Source: Perna viridis
Taxonomy: Eukaryota
Direction: 5' to 3'
DNA: 64,000 nt
Assembly: GCA_037379345.1 (NCBI GenBank)
Contig: CM074521.1
Span: forward strand, 4,898,001-4,962,000
Each line of letters opens with the position of its first letter. Position 1 is the first letter of the stretch. A program made the translations under genes and the position numbers. The notes under the pieces are model-generated. The model was not told the DNA's origin. It ran no database searches and saw only the letters and a list, made by a program, of their open reading frames with translations. Shown in pieces: positions 26,290-41,500 of the stretch.

Positions 26290-29200
26290 TAGAAAGATGA
26301 CAATCTGTATTTGAAGCGTCTTTGCGAAAATTCTTATTGGAAATTCAAATTGTGAAAAGTGAGTTACAGTTGGTTTCTCGAAATATTGAGCCATTTTCGA
26401 ACGATCTCAATGCACTTATCGATGTAAAGGCAGAGTTCATGAAAGGAACCACAAACTATGATGACATTTGCAAGAAATACTTAGACTTTCTTAAACGAAT
26501 CAACGCACATAAATGTTTATTGGAAGTCGGTCGCACGACATCAGAGGTCAAGGACTTCTCGAGTATGATGCGACAGGATGTTGGGCTCATGAACAAGTAA
26601 ATAAACGATTTACGATCACTAGAAAAACAACAGTAGGCATTCGACAAGGCGATCAACTAGCTCCACCGCTTCTTCAGCTTTAAGTAGAAAAAAGGCTAAG
26701 GCAGAAGCCGAGAAGGTCCGCTTAAAATTTTCTTAATTAAGTAGCTAAAATAGTCAAAGAAAAGGTCGACCTTGAACATACGCGTGCGATTGAAGCAGCC
26801 AACTTTGACAAAGAGCAGGCGAATATAGATGCTGATTTGACTCCCTTGAACACAAAGAAAGAAGCCGCAGTGGTAGAAGCAGAAGCCGACGCAGGTGAAA
26901 TTGACGATAGTTTATTGCAAGTATTACTGGATCATGTACCGATAAACGCTCACGAGAGGACCGCTGAATACGTTGATTCTGTGAACACTATGTCGCCAAA
27001 AATGTTGATAAAGTGCATAAACAACCAACGATGACTTTGGATCCACTTGCTACACCTTTCACTTCGATTGACACAAATCTTGATTATCCTATGGACTCTA
27101 GAATTCGTACTTCCTTTGATCCTCAAAAGCTGAAGTGACAATGATATAGCCTCGGACTTTACGAGATTTCTACTCAAGAAAGATCTCCTAATGTCACGTA
27201 TTCATGCGTTTAATGACAAACCCGAGTATTTTCCATTGTGGAAGGATACTTTCCAGAATATTACTCTTGACATCGGAGCCGGATAGTGAAGAGATCGGTC
27301 TTCTGCTCAAGTGGACCGGACCACAGTCCAGAACTCACGTGCAAAGTATAAAGGCCGCAAACATGTACAATCCTTCAAACGCTAAAATTCTCATATAGGA
27401 TAGACTTAACGAGAGATATGGAAGCCCAGTACTAATTGTAAATGCGTTGAAAGTGGAACTTGCTGCATTTCTTTGTATCACGAATAAGGACTATTCGAAG
27501 TTATACGACTTATATATTAATATATCAAATATTCTGTCGGAAATATCATCTGTTAAGGAGAGTGACAACTATAAGGTGATCTTTTCCTATTTTCATACCG
27601 CGATTGGTGTTTCTTCCATCGTATCTAAACTTCCATATCAGCTTCAGGAACGTTGGACGTAGAATACAATTTTCAACATGACAGAATTTAACCACCGTTT
27701 CACTTTTATTTTTGCGAACTTTGTGAAAGAGCAGAGCAAGGTGAGGAACAATTCCAGTTTTATCTATGACAACAGTGCGAATCAGAAATCAAGACATCTC
27801 AAGATAAAACCAGAAGACAAGAAATCCGTACCAAGAAATCAATACCGACATTTGCGGTGATAAACCTCAATAAACCTCACAATCTAGTAGTGATGCATCA
27901 AAGAATCGAACCAAGTGCGAAATGTATTCTGCATGGCACAAGGCATAATTTGAATGACTGTCGAACATTTAAATCCAAACCCATCATGGAACGGAGACGT
28001 CTTCTCAAAACTCACAAAGTCTGCTTTCACTGTTTTATGTCAAACTCTCATGTTCAGCGAGACTGTCCAGTTGCCGTCAAGTGTGATGAATGTGGACGGA
28101 CAGATCATCCAACAGCGCTACATATCACGATCCGACCTTCAGATTCCGCTGAAGGTCATGGCGGGGGCATTCTAGACAAGACCAAGATACGGTAGAAACA
28201 AAACACACAGATATGTTTGGACAAGTCTGGCGGCAAATCCTGCGCAAAAATTGTGCTTGTGGAAAACTTTCTCATTGACAATCCGGACAGGAAACTCAGA
28301 TTTTATGCCATTATTGATGACCAATCAAACAGAACTTTGGCTAAGTCCGAAATTTTCGACTTCTTTGGATCAACCTCTGATTCCGACTATGTCTTGTCAA
28401 CTTGTTCAGGAAATACACATGTAACCGGACGTAAGCTTAGTGGCCTCATGATTCAGTCATTAGATGGAACTACATTGAAATCGCCTGATATAGAATGCAA
28501 CCAAATTCCTGACTCTTGAGATGAGATACCGACACCAGAAGTGGTGATAAACCATCTCTACATCTTACAGACTCAATACATCCACTGGATAGTGACTCTA
28601 AAATCCTAAATGTTGATAGGACGTGATCACCTCGTGCTCGATCACCTTATGCACAGAAACTACCGTTAGAGTGGACCGTCATCAGTGAGACTTTTTTGGG
28701 CAAGGTTCATCACCCAGATATCGCAACTGTGAAAAAGGTACTCTTACTTCAGTCAGACAGAGTGTCAATCTTTCCACCGTGTGAAAATGACTTCAAGACA
28801 GAAGAGGTCGATTCATTCGAGGCTTACGAGAAGATCTCTGATAACTATGGACACGATATATTTGTGCGTAGTACAGACGACGATAAACCAGGCCTATCTG
28901 TAGATGATAGGGAATTCCTAAAATTCATGGACAAACACTTCAAGAAGGACGAAAACGGTAATTGGTCATCACCATTACCATTCAGATCTGATCGTCAGCG
29001 TCTTCTGAATAATAAGACTCGGGTATGGAAACGAGCAAAAGACTTACATGTGAATTCGACTAAAAACCCTGAAAAACGAGAACACTTTCTCACAATTATG
29101 CAAGGAATCTTTGAGAGGGATCATGCTGAAAAGGCTCCAGACATAAGTGATGATTAAGAACAATGGTTCTTACCCATTTTTGGCGTATATCACTCAAAGA

Positions 29201-32000
29201 AAACCGGGAAAACTCTGAGCAGTCTTCGATTTATCTTGTCAGTTCGATAGACTTTCGTTGAACATTGTACTCTTTGGTGGACCAGACGTCACCAATCGTC
29301 TTTTAGGAGTCTTATTGCGATTCCGCAAGGAACACATTACGGTCATGGGCCATATAGAGCAGATATTCCATAGTTTTCGAGTAGACGAGGAGCATAGAAA
29401 CTTCCCGAAGTTCTTTTGGTATACAAACAATGACTTTACCAAACCTCTCACGACATATCATATGTGCATCCATGTATTTGGAATTAGTCCGAGCCCTTCT
29501 ATTGCAACTTATGGATTGCAAAACACTGCTCAAGAAGGCGAACTAGAACATGGATCCTATATGGTTGATTTTGTGACTAGAGACTTATATGTGGATGATG
29601 GGTTGACCACAAAACCCACAAGTGCTGAAGCAATTGATCTTATGACTAGGACTAAGAAAGCGTTTCAGCAACATGGTAACATAAGTCTACACACAAGATC
29701 TCGTCTCACGATGAAAAGATTATGCGCTCATTTGACAGTGAAGACATGGCAAGTGGTCTGAAAGATCTTGACTTATCAGACACTCTCCCAGTTCAGCGCA
29801 GTCTTGGAATAACTTGGGATTTGGAGTCGGATTCATTTATGTACGGGATAAACCCAGATGTAAAACCTTGCACACGTCGTGGACTATAATCTACTATTAA
29901 TAGATTATATGATCCTATTGGATATTTGGCGCCTGTAACAATGAAAGGAGAGTTACTCCTTCGATCAGCAATGGCTGAAAATATTGGGACGATCCGTTGC
30001 CTCAGGAACGATATTGCAACTGGAAAACATCATTGTTTGACTTGGAAGAAGTCCGGTTCTCTCGCAGGTTTATTCCCGTGTTATTTAATCAATCTTCAAA
30101 CAGTGCACATATACTCCGATGCTTCCGAGCAAGCTATAGCCGCTGTTGGCTACATTCAGTTAGACGATCATCCAAATTTAGGATTCATTATGGGAAAGAC
30201 TAAGATTGCGCCAGTTCATGGCCATACAATCCTTCGTTTAGAACTGTGTTGTGCCTTGTTGGCTACAGAATTAGGACTTACCATTTCCGATCAGCTTGAC
30301 ATACCTTTGTTGGATATACGGTATTATACAGATAGCCATATGATTTTGGGATTCATTTACAATACCGTTTCTACCATTATATATCGAATCGTGTTGCAAG
30401 GATTCACAAAGTAATTGAATCACTACAGTGATCGTATGTTCACACAGACACACACCCATTAGATCAGGCGATCAGATCAATTGAAGCGTCAAAGTTACAA
30501 ACTGTCAGAGAACAATTTCGCCTTAATTGAGCCGGACTCTGACCGTGAGATACGTTTTGAAGTGATTACCACGAAAACAGAAGTTTTCTTCTCTTGGCTC
30601 ACACCAATTCGAAAGATTCAGTAGTTGAAACCCGCTTGTTCGTACAATTGCTCGTATCAAGGACTTTGTTTCACAAAAACCCTCACATAAGTCAGAGAGT
30701 ATAGGTATCTGTCAGTTTCATGATGCTGAGAAAATCATTCTTAGATCCGTACAAAGTGAAGTGTACTCAGATGAACTTAAAGTATCAGGGAAAATCAACC
30801 TTTGAACAAACGGAGCACACTACTAAAGTTCAACTCGTTCATAGATAGTAATGGAATTCTGCGTGTTGGAGGACGCATCTCACTCTCTAGCGTTAGTTTA
30901 GATGAGAGACACACTGTCGTTATTCCCAGTAAACACGGGATTGCCACCCTTATTGTTCGTGTTCCATGAGAAAACACAACACCAGGGTAGGCATCTCAGG
31001 AGCAGTGCGTACTGGAGTTTATTGGATCGTCTCATTTCTTCTCTGATTCCTAAGTATGTAACTTGACCTACGGAACAACAGAAAATGGCAGATTTACCGA
31101 GTGACCGTGTGAATCCAGAGCCACCGTTCACATCAATAAGCATCGACACATTCGGGCCTTGGTCCGTAGTTAGCCGACGTACACGTGGCGGACTCGCAAA
31201 TGCGAAGCGTTAGGCCATCATCTTTACTTGTTGGAACACGAGAGGCGTTCACATTGAGGCAGTGGAAGAATTAAGCTCTTCGTCATTTATTAACGTATTC
31301 AAGAGATTTACAGCGATCCGTGGAAAGTGAAACTAATAAGGTCTGATAGAGGAACAAATATTGTCGGAGCGACTGACCCTCTAGGTACCAATGCCATAAA
31401 CGTTGAAGATGAACCTACGAAACAATTTCTCTATGATAATGGAATAAAGTGGCGTTTTAATTCAGCACTCTCCTTCCATATGGGTGGCATTTTGAAGCGG
31501 ATGATCAGGGACTACTCCATCAATTCTAGATTCCATGTTTTCTAAAGTACCCGGAAATGATCTATCTCAGGAAGTTCTAGTGACACTAGTAGCAGAGGTT
31601 ACTGCTATTATAAACTCTAGACCTCTTACCTGCATATCAACGGACACTGATGAACCGTTTTCGCTAACCCCAAATCTATTGATAATCAAAAACGAAATGC
31701 TTTGGTTCCAAAGGATGTCTCGTTTAACTGCAAGGACATGTTTCACGCTCAATGGGAAAGGGTACAATACCTTGCGGACATTTTCTTGACAATGTCCAAG
31801 AAGGCGATATCATTTTGCTCAGAGACAATCAGGTGAGTGGTATCAACTGACCTATGGGTATGATCACCAAAGAATTTCCTAGCGCCGAAAATCTAGTCTG
31901 AAAAGTAAAGCTGCGTATTTTACATTCCGTGGATGACAAAAACTGCAAAAACATCTGCATTGATCAGACCTCTTACTGAAGTCGTATTACTCTTGTCGAA
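26290..32000 (+). pseudogene. Frameshifted BEL/Pao gag-pol polyprotein
   Basis: Triple Cys/His knuckle (CILH..HNLNDC, CFHC..HVQRDC, CDEC..HPTALH) 27857-28195; protease YAIIDDQSNRTL 28217-28519; RT LYVDDGL 29258-29761; RNase H HIYSDASE..RLELCCA..YYTDS 29926-30414; integrase IDTFGPW and RSDRGTNIVG 31140-31500; many stops and frameshifts. Confidence 0.92.
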
Positions 32001-32043
32001 AAGATGGAACAACAATAGTGACATCAAGATGCCAGACGGGGAG

Positions 32044-32902
32044 TGTACTGCCTTCCCCTCACGCGCAGACAGTGCCTGTTCTTGACTCTTATTATTGATA
32101 CCCATAGTTAAATGTTCGTTTCTTTCACGGTATATTCATTTCTCCGATATTTGTTTTGATGACAAAATGTACATTCACGCCTTTTATAATTTTTGATGTG
32201 TACACCTGATTCTAGCTCAGTGTAAGTTTTTATGCTTATTCATTGTAATGACATACGATAAGTTCAATGTGTATTTACACTTTTTTTCATAGTTTAAACA
32301 TGATTTATTTCCGGTAGTATGACCTAGGACATGAGTCAACAATTTCATTGTGGTTTTGTTTATATTTTGCCTAGATAATTTAGGGCACCCCTTTTAATGT
32401 TTCCTTGACCTGATTCATTCTTTTTTGTGTAAATTCTGACGTTTCATACATCTCCCCCCTTTTTTATGTATTTTCAAAAAGCATGGAACGTCAGTTTGTC
32501 ATTTTAAATCACTGTCATATTTTAAGTCGTCTTGAATTACGTGTATTTTGTCGTATATTTCATGATTTTGAGTTAATTGAAGTAATTTCACGATTTTTCT
32601 CATCAGAAAATATGTTCCATATTTTTTCATATGTATGGTGTGCTTTTAGGTTCATTTTTACATGTTGCAATTTTGACTTACTATGGACACGCGTGTGATG
32701 ATAGGTTCTATATTGTCATTTTTTTCTTTGATGAGAGCTTTTTACCCTTTTCTTGTAGTTTTACGTGAAACTCTGAAACTCCTTTGAACATCAGCATACT
32801 TTTATGTCTTTATGCTACTCGTGTTATTGGAAGCGTAAAGTAAAGGTTAACTATAGTGCAATTTTCATTTATCCGCCCCTTGGGAATGATTGAGGCATTA
32901 CA
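32044..32902 (+). repeat. 3' LTR (859 bp)
   Basis: Starts TGTACTGCC right after the PPT, ends GCATTACA; about 8 differences from the 5' LTR in the first 80 bp by eye. Confidence 0.93.
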
Positions 32903-35900
32903 AATACATAAATGGCCATGGGATAACATTATAAATGTCTTTTGTGTAACAAATGTCGTCTTTGGTATAACTTAAATATTGCAAAACCCTTTTCCGTCAA
33001 AAGGAATCCCGTAAATAGTCTAATGAATTTTAATTCCCAATTGAGAAGTTAATTGATCAAATTTTAATTGTTTTTTTTTCAAGATATACTATATGACAAA
33101 TGTAATGAATCATAAATGCATATATGTCCATGGAATAACAAAATAATTGTTTTTTATGTAACACATTCTGTTTTTGGTGTAAGACAAATTTTGTAGAACC
33201 ATTTTCCTTCCAAAGTACCCTTGAGATAGTGTTAGGAATATCTGATTCTTGAATAAGAAATGTGTAAATTGATAAAAATATAGTTACTTCGAAAAATATA
33301 AACTTAATGATAAACAAAATTGATTATTACTGCATAAATGTCCGTATACAAACACAATAATTGTCTTACATATAACACAAACTAAAATAATATACAATTA
33401 CTGTATCAGCTTTGGTTTTTCAATGTGTTCGGTGTTATCTATGATAAAGTTTCTTTGTACATTTAATTTTCCATGGTTTAATATATAGTAATTTATAAAA
33501 AAAGTCTTTCGTTAAATGTATTTAGTCTTTTGAGTAACATTTTTTCTTGATACACCAAGGACCGTTACACCCTGGACAAACATAAGAAATTTCCATTCAA
33601 TATTGAAATAACTGCACACTTCATCACTTCAACACGTGTCATCAATTGCTTTCACTTTTGGGATATTTCAGTAATAAGAATTAATTTACTTTTGTATTTA
33701 CTGTATATCAATGTTATACCAAAGAACAAAAAAAGTTACCCAGTCAGTTGTACTCGCATATTTTGACTTTAAATCATTGTATGATTTCTGCTGCAAAACA
33801 TCGTCTGCAAATTAATTATGTTGGATTATGGGGAAGGGGAAAAGTCATTTTTTTAATTATTTTTTAAGGCACGACAATCCATGCCCCTAACTTTTCTTTG
33901 GTGTTATACCGAAGACAAAAAAAAAACTTGGGACTTGTTCAACGGCAAAAAAAAAATCAACATGTTTATAGGATTATATGCATTTTTGGATGTTACAAAA
34001 TCAAATTTACATATCAACACGATAAATCATTGGCTTTATGTGAATATTTGATGCATTTTTGAATTCCTAGACCATTGTAAAGATTGAAAAGTGTGACAGG
34101 GACATGCAAAAAACAGCAACAAATGCCTACTTATCAGGGTGGATTTTTTTTACCATATATATGTTATGATTTCATATATTTTCCCAATCTTTAGGCCAAA
34201 ATACATCAGAATACATAGATTTTGTATATTTATTAAAAAATTTCCATCCACCAGCCTAGAGGGACAACACCATTGTTCATTTTTTGAGAGCGACCCAGTT
34301 GTCAAAAATGTTTAAACAATTAGTTGATCGCTTTAAATGGTAGAATTATCATCGGGCATCATTAATTGATACCGGAAGTGGCCTAGATCTATGTAGAACC
34401 AATAAAATGTAATAATCGCACGTTCACAAAAGTCCAATTATTGCTATTGTGCTATGTCATCCATATTCAAACATATTAAGAGAACCCTGAAGTTGTCTGG
34501 ACAGTGTCTATATTGTTACTTCATACTGTCTCTTGTCATAAATTATTAGTTGAGATGATATTTATACTGACTTATTAAATAAAATTGTGTCAATGTTAAT
34601 ACTTGTTAAGATACCATGGAGCTGATTTCTAGGTTTTAATGAGATGACGTTATGTAGTGTACCCGCGAGAGATTTTGCAATTTGATTCATAAAAACAATG
34701 CTTAAATTGACGTTTATGACGAAATAACTTTCTAAATTAAGCATGCTATATGGGATTAAATAAAACTATTTCCTCAAATATTTTAAAGTTTTTTTATCAC
34801 ATTTGTCTGGCTGACAGAGAGTATTTTGTCAAAAGTATTATCAATGAAATTTATAATATATTAAAATAACTATTTATCGAATACATTGATCTTAGAAAGA
34901 AAATTGATATTTTAAACGATAAAGGGATAAAACGTCGGGGAAGTAGAATTAAGTGTTGTTAGATTCTACATGTAGTGACTGAAAAGAACCATTGACAGGT
35001 ATAATCTTAATTAGATTGGCCAATACATATCATGTATATAAAGAAATGAACACAAAATGATTGTATGTACACTTAATGTGTCAATTATTACCTACTGAGG
35101 TAAACATGTTAACTTTATCATTTTATTATCCCCTAAAAATGGGAAGATATTTTAAACGTTGGATCTCAATTTACACATGGATTTAGTACGTATATACGTA
35201 ACTCATCAAATGTTAATATGCAGAACAGCTGAAAGAGAGACTGAGTGGAGACGATCAAAAATGGAAGGTTAAACGATCTAGATAACCGACCGTATAACTT
35301 AATTACATTTATTGAAATATGATGTAACAGTACCAGTAAGTCCACTATTACCTTTAAATTAATGCATATTTATTGGTGTAAGTATTTTAATGTTCATTTT
35401 ACAGATTACTATTTCCGGTCTTCACTTAAATTACCCTTTACCTCAAATGTCCATTTAACTCAAATGACCTTTCACTTCACCCATATGACATTTCTAAAAG
35501 CATTCGAACATTAATTATTCTTTTTATTATAAATGAAACTAAAACACCAATAATTATTTTTCTTTTATAAAAAGTACATTGAATAAACTATAGACAACAA
35601 AAGCTTCAATAATATAAACGAACTTCGAGTCGAAGATGGTTGAGTTAAATTCTTTTAAAAATCAACGAATTTAGTGACCGCACACTATACTGTTGTTAGT
35701 TATCCGATCAGACTACTGGAACGAGCAATTCGCACCACTTGGATAAACAATTTTAATTTCAGCTTCATACTTGTCACTTGATTGTGGAGAGTATCTAATT
35801 CTGTTTTAACTTTATAACCGTACAAAATAAATTATATCAATAAAATATAGTACCAGACAAAGCAAGGCTGTACGTGATTAAGGAAATATCATAAATAAAT

Positions 35901-38103
35901 GTCATTCTCAAGGGTAGTGATACAAGTCCCGTCTAGTCTCTCCTTTACAACAGTACAAGGCAATATTATACATTTTAATATTCTCCAGTGAATAAGTAGA
36001 TAACGATCAACAGACTTCAGAAGCGTCAAGGGCTTTCGTTATTAAATTTGACCGGAAACCATCGTGTATCTTCTTGTCCAATTATATATTGAATTTGATC
36101 TTCACGGAATAAAGGCCTTTCAACTGCTAAGAGAGCGACTTTGAAATCTGCACAGCACTGGTTCTAACCTAATATGCAGATCGTTAAGAACTCTTAAGAG
36201 CTTTTGTTATTAAATTTCGATACCACTTCCCATATATTAACTTGTCTGATGGATAATAGTTTTTTATTCTCGTTTTCGCTCGGAATTCTGAAGAGTCGAG
36301 TATTTTACAAATATCACCAATTGACACGGTCACATAATGTGTTGCACATCGTTGAAATTTTTTTTCTGAGGTATACGAATAATTTTTTCTCTTTTTGAGA
36401 TCAATGCGCCTTAATATGTTTTATTTTACGGATGAAATAATCAAGCATAGGATAATATACAAAGAGATAAAAGAATATGCACTAACTTTTAAAGTAGCAC
36501 GCCAGATAAGAATGAAAATGTAATTCATTGTTGGAAAGCCTACATATTTTTTTAATTTTGATATTTTGTTTAAAGTGTTACAGTAAACAGAAAATAATAT
36601 GTGGCTTTTCATATTACCCGTGTTCTAAGAAGATAAAATTATATTGAATGCATTGTAGAACTCAAATTAAGGGAGATAACGCAGTAAATAACACTGAAAT
36701 ACAATAGAAACTATTAGATGTTTAGTGGGATATATCTCCTTAGCACATATAGATTGGATGAATAATTATACATTCCGTAATACAATTTCAACAATTTAAC
36801 TAAGTAGCCTTCTTGGGTTTATCACATATAACATAACTTGCATGATTCTTACAAATACAGCTACTTGATATGAAAGCTTTATAAACAATTATGATATCGA
36901 CGTAGCCTTCGCCACAGTGCAACGGAAAATTGTAAACAGTAATCCAAGAAAACATTCAAGAAATTCTGATATAATTTAATCCTTTAAAATCTATCGGATG
37001 TGAATTTTACCTTGACAGGTGTTTTTAAAGCCATATACTTAGTTTTACCAATTTGTATTTCTGTTTAAGTGTTTCGTTTCGGTTGATAAACTATGTCCGT
37101 GGTATTTGTCACGAATTAAGTTAAAAGTACATTTTAATTCTGTAAACTCTTTAAATAAAAATGGCATAAACGGTAATGTGGAATCATCTGCAAATGATTC
37201 TGTAATATAAAATACAAAAATTCTAAAACACGCTTTTACTTGATATAATATAGTTTTTTATTTCACTCGTGAAATTCTTTTCGAGGAAACAATTCCACAG
37301 ATCTGGTGTAAATCAGACAGACTGAAGTTCAGCTTAAGTAGAAATTGATACCTTTCAATAATGTTCCGCAATTCTTAGTTCAACTGTTGAAAATTGTAAA
37401 TTTTTATCTTTTTTCTGACATCTTTTCATCGAGAAATTTATGTTCACACAGGAAAAACTTTTGATAGACTATGAAATAATGAATGTACTCACTAATTATG
37501 AAGATGTTTCTTGGGTGTGGACACCATTTGTTAGCCAAATGTATGACACATATATATTCATCATATCTGAACTTTTGCCAAATTCAAGCAACTCTTTTGT
37601 CCTTTTAATGCAAGCATTATCATTAATATTTTTGTTTTCTCAATTGTCATAGATTCAATTCTCTAAATTTACAATTTCATCTTTCATCATTTTATGATTC
37701 AATTTTGGTAGAATTTAAGCCAATGAGAGTCTTTATCACCCCTTCCTTTTACGAGTATAAAATATCAAAATTTCGATATTATTGTTAAATAAGAACTTTC
37801 AACTTTGAACTAAAATATATGTATGAAAATCGACTTACAATATATTCGTAAGTTCTTTATACTCTTCGGTAGAAGTAAGACTTTGTTTCAGAACTCTAAT
37901 TCATAATTATAATTACTTTCATGTAACAGATGACAATAAAGAAAAGCTAAGTATAAGCGTTCTTGTCACACAAGTACTTGTTTCATCAATTTATATAATT
38001 AGCGTTGGTAATCTGTATGTTTATATTCCTTATCAAGTTTGCTTTTGTCCTTCCCTACACTGGACAAAAATATGAATGTTTTTAAACTAAGTGTACATAG
38101 ATA

Positions 38104-38541
38104 TCATAGTGTTATGGTTGTTTGAGTTGTCATATAATCTGACTGTCCATCTAACCCAGGTCTTGCTTCAACTGATTTGTCAATCATTGGTGTTTCGTCT
38201 TTTTTCGGTTTCGGACTTAGGACACAGCTGCACAGCCTACTCAGAAAAGACGACCGCTTAAGAATTGTTTTTCGAAATCCATCATTTACAAAGGCATAAA
38301 CGAATGGATTTACACAAGAGTTGGCATATGACAAAGTATGTCCAAACAGTTTAAAGTAATGCATGGCCTCTGTTCGCGGAAAATTAGGATCGAATTGAAT
38401 CCAAAGAGTTATCAAATGTATTGGAAACCAGCAAACTGCAAACAACATAACCACAATGGCCACCATCCTTGTAACACGCTTGATTCTTTCCATCTGCCGC
38501 ATTTGTTTACTATTTTTAACTGATAATGCACTGTTTTCATT
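38104..38541 (-). CDS. GPCR coding exon 4 (TM6, TM7, C-tail)
   Basis: Acceptor tctctccacag|AAT GAA; NENSALSVKNSKQMRQMERIKRVTRMV...CWFPIHL...SYANSCVNPFVYAFVNDGFRK...TTITL-stop. Confidence 0.94.
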   Translation of the reverse strand, partial: NENSALSVKNSKQMRQMERIKRVTRMVAIVVMLFAVCWFPIHLITLWIQFDPNFPRTEAMHYFKLFGHTLSYANSCVNPFVYAFVNDGFRKTILKRSSFLSRLCSCVLSPKPKKDETPMIDKSVEARPGLDGQSDYMTTQTTITL

Positions 38542-41500
38542 CTGTGGAGAGAAAAGAAAAATCTTGGTACAAATATTTTAGAGGCTGTAACCTTATATAC
38601 ATAGGGAATGACTAATGTAGCATTTCCGGATGTCACTTAACATAACATATATGATTTGTGATCATTTGTTAACGTATAATTTATGACATTTATCATGTCA
38701 GACGTTTCCAACGTTAGTGACGACAGTTTGTTTTACTGTTTAATAGAAATAACAAAATGAAATTATAGTTAAAATACAAGTCCAGAATACTAAGAATTGT
38801 CAAAGGAGGACTAAAGGATACACACCTAGCCGATCAGTTCTGTAGTTAAAATAAATAACCAACCTTTTAAAGTAATGATTTCATACAGAGATTCTTGGTT
38901 TTAAAGAACTTCCGCTTTTATTTTACATGTATCATTCCAAGTTCATGTCTACTAAATAACCTTAAAATAGGTTTTATGGTTACGTTACTGCCGTAACTTT
39001 CACCATAAGGCATTCTTTATTCCAACGTCTATACGAGTCGAGTCCATTACTTAATTTCCATTACGATGGTAATTTTATTGCCTAGATGAGTTTAAGTTAA
39101 TTGGCCTGGAAGAGTGTTTTGACTTTTAATGACAACAGTGATGAATGACTAAAGGAGATTGAGAACAGTAAACAGCAGTGTCCCCCGCATTCATATGTAA
39201 TTTGATTACACGAACGCTACTATAAACATTCTTCAGAAACGTTATCAGATGTCCATGTTCGTGTTTTAAAATCAGTTTTGAATTAGACAAGCCAAGCCTT
39301 TAGAACCATTAACTGTAAAATTGTGTTAATGGTTTACGTTTTTAATTCATATCTGCAGCTTATAGCTTCAGATATAATAAAAGTATGCGCTGAAGTCTCT
39401 TTCAGTGTAGATAATTGTAAAAGGTTTGTTTGTTTGTTTGTTGGGGTTTAACGTCCGAGCAGCAATATTTCAGCTATATTCAGACGATGAACATTAAATT
39501 GATGAAAAAATGAACATGAAATGAAAAAAAAAGGATGGGTCACAAGGATAATAGGGTCGACAAATTATGATTGCCACTGGAAAAAGGGGGGTGGGTAAGG
39601 CAATTTAGCCTCCTGTGGCGGAGCGCAAAGGTTCCTACTCCTATCGAATACCACAGCAGGGTTCTTTAACGTGCGAGGAACGTGTCATCTTTCCCAACAC
39701 GGTGCACCACTATGGTTTGCGGTCAGGTTTTCCGTATTATAGCCTGACAACCCCAGCATGCAACACGCCAGGGGTACCCCATTCCACCACCTGGGGCACA
39801 CATCCCAGTTGCTCTGTGGGCAGAGCGCCTAGCCCCCGGCTAGGTTTCTGAGCACTATTTAGTCGCCTTTTACGACAAGCTTAGCGCTGCTGCAGGCCTA
39901 TTCTTTTAACACCCGGACCTGCACGAATTGTAAAAGGAATAGTACATCTAAAATATTTTCCTGACGTGTTAGAGCCTGATTTGATATTTTTGTGTTTGAT
40001 TTTGTTTGCTTTTTATTTGTTTGTTTACTTCTCTGTTTCACTTGATCGATTATCATCACAAGACTATATAACCTATGTTTGACAACTAATGTATCGATAA
40101 GACTATTGAAACAATATTTAACAACAAATGTATCATGGGAATATTTAAAATATAGGACACAACGTCATTTCTGATATGGAGAAAGTATTGATGGACAAGT
40201 GTTTCGATATAATCTTTACGAGCAAGGATTCACGAATCGTCGTCAGGCGTTTAAATCACAATTTAATGGCAACTTGGTTGTTCGCCAATAGTTCTGTTAC
40301 TGATGTTATTTATCTAGTAAATACAGTAACTATAAAAATAAATATGTGAAAAAAATCAAAGTCTGAAGTCTTCAAGGTCGCTAATTGTAAAATACGAACT
40401 ATGAATTTAATTGTAATGAACCCCTGTGTCTGAATCGGAAACGTGGTAATCGCAATGCTAACTGACCATTTCATCTTTTAAAGCAAACTTCCCGTTCTCA
40501 TACAAGCAAAAAACCACACGTAGAACGCCTGTATATGATATTTTGAAGCACATTTTGATTTCGTAAAAAGCTTGAACTATAATGTTATGACGATAAAAAC
40601 GGCACTGATCAGCAACATTATGTAGTGTAGTAATATGATATATTATTATGCAAATGGTATGCGAATGTGAAATACTGACATTACGAGTGCATGAAGTCGC
40701 CGACAAAATATGCGACTTAAAAACAGTAACTAGCAAAATAAAAATACAGTTGGTGATAGTCAGAAAATCAGTCGAAATAACCCTGGTGCTTAAAAAAACT
40801 TACATTTATTGTTATAGATGTTATTGTTAAGGGTAGTACATTTAACATTTATTTTAATATTTTGATAATTATCTATCATTTTAGAACAATTTTTTATACA
40901 TGACTAGGACATATTATAAGGTTAAGGTTAGTTAAATATTTCAAATAAAAATAACCTCTCAATTCCAGCCGTCCGGTTATTGTTCACCTGTTGTAAATGT
41001 GTCAACAAAACTGTAAATGATTACGTAATATTACGTAATTAATACTTCATTCACTGACCGGTTTGCATTTCATCAGTGGAGAGATGATAATTGAAGGGGA
41101 CAGTAGTTTAAAGAACAAATTTAATCAAGACATTACATTTTGTCACTGGCTGGCTGTTAATTGGTGTGTACACACGTCAGGCAAGCGGGGTCATCTTATA
41201 GTTCGATCTTTACGATCTTTTAACTGTCAATTAATGTGACCTGTACCCACGCCAAAACAACATAGGGGTGAAATGATTAGACTTTGTTGGTATGTAATTT
41301 ACAGAAACAATACAAATAATTAATTACCATTAATAGCCCTTTGATCTTTCAAAACCGTGAACATTATTTTGTCGGCAGTACCGTTTGTAAATCAAATCAT
41401 TTACAAATGATGCAAGCTTTGAAATGTAATAAAAAGTTTTAAATTGGCATTATACATGTCTCGACCAACAAACTGACAAGGTGTAGGATTATAGAACACA

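Larger units (their letters stand above)
24058..32902 (+). mobile_element. Full-length, decayed BEL/Pao LTR retrotransposon
   Basis: TGT...ACA LTR pair, perfect 5-bp TSD AATAC (24053-24057, 32903-32907), purine tract AGACGGGGAG before the 3' LTR, and gag-PR-RT-RNaseH-IN fragments in BEL order. Confidence 0.95.

Noticed and set aside
12013-38103. Neuropeptide precursor (cognate ligand) near the receptor
   Set aside because: No exon with a signal peptide or repeated Gly-Lys/Arg amidation sites was found by eye; very small exons could have been missed.
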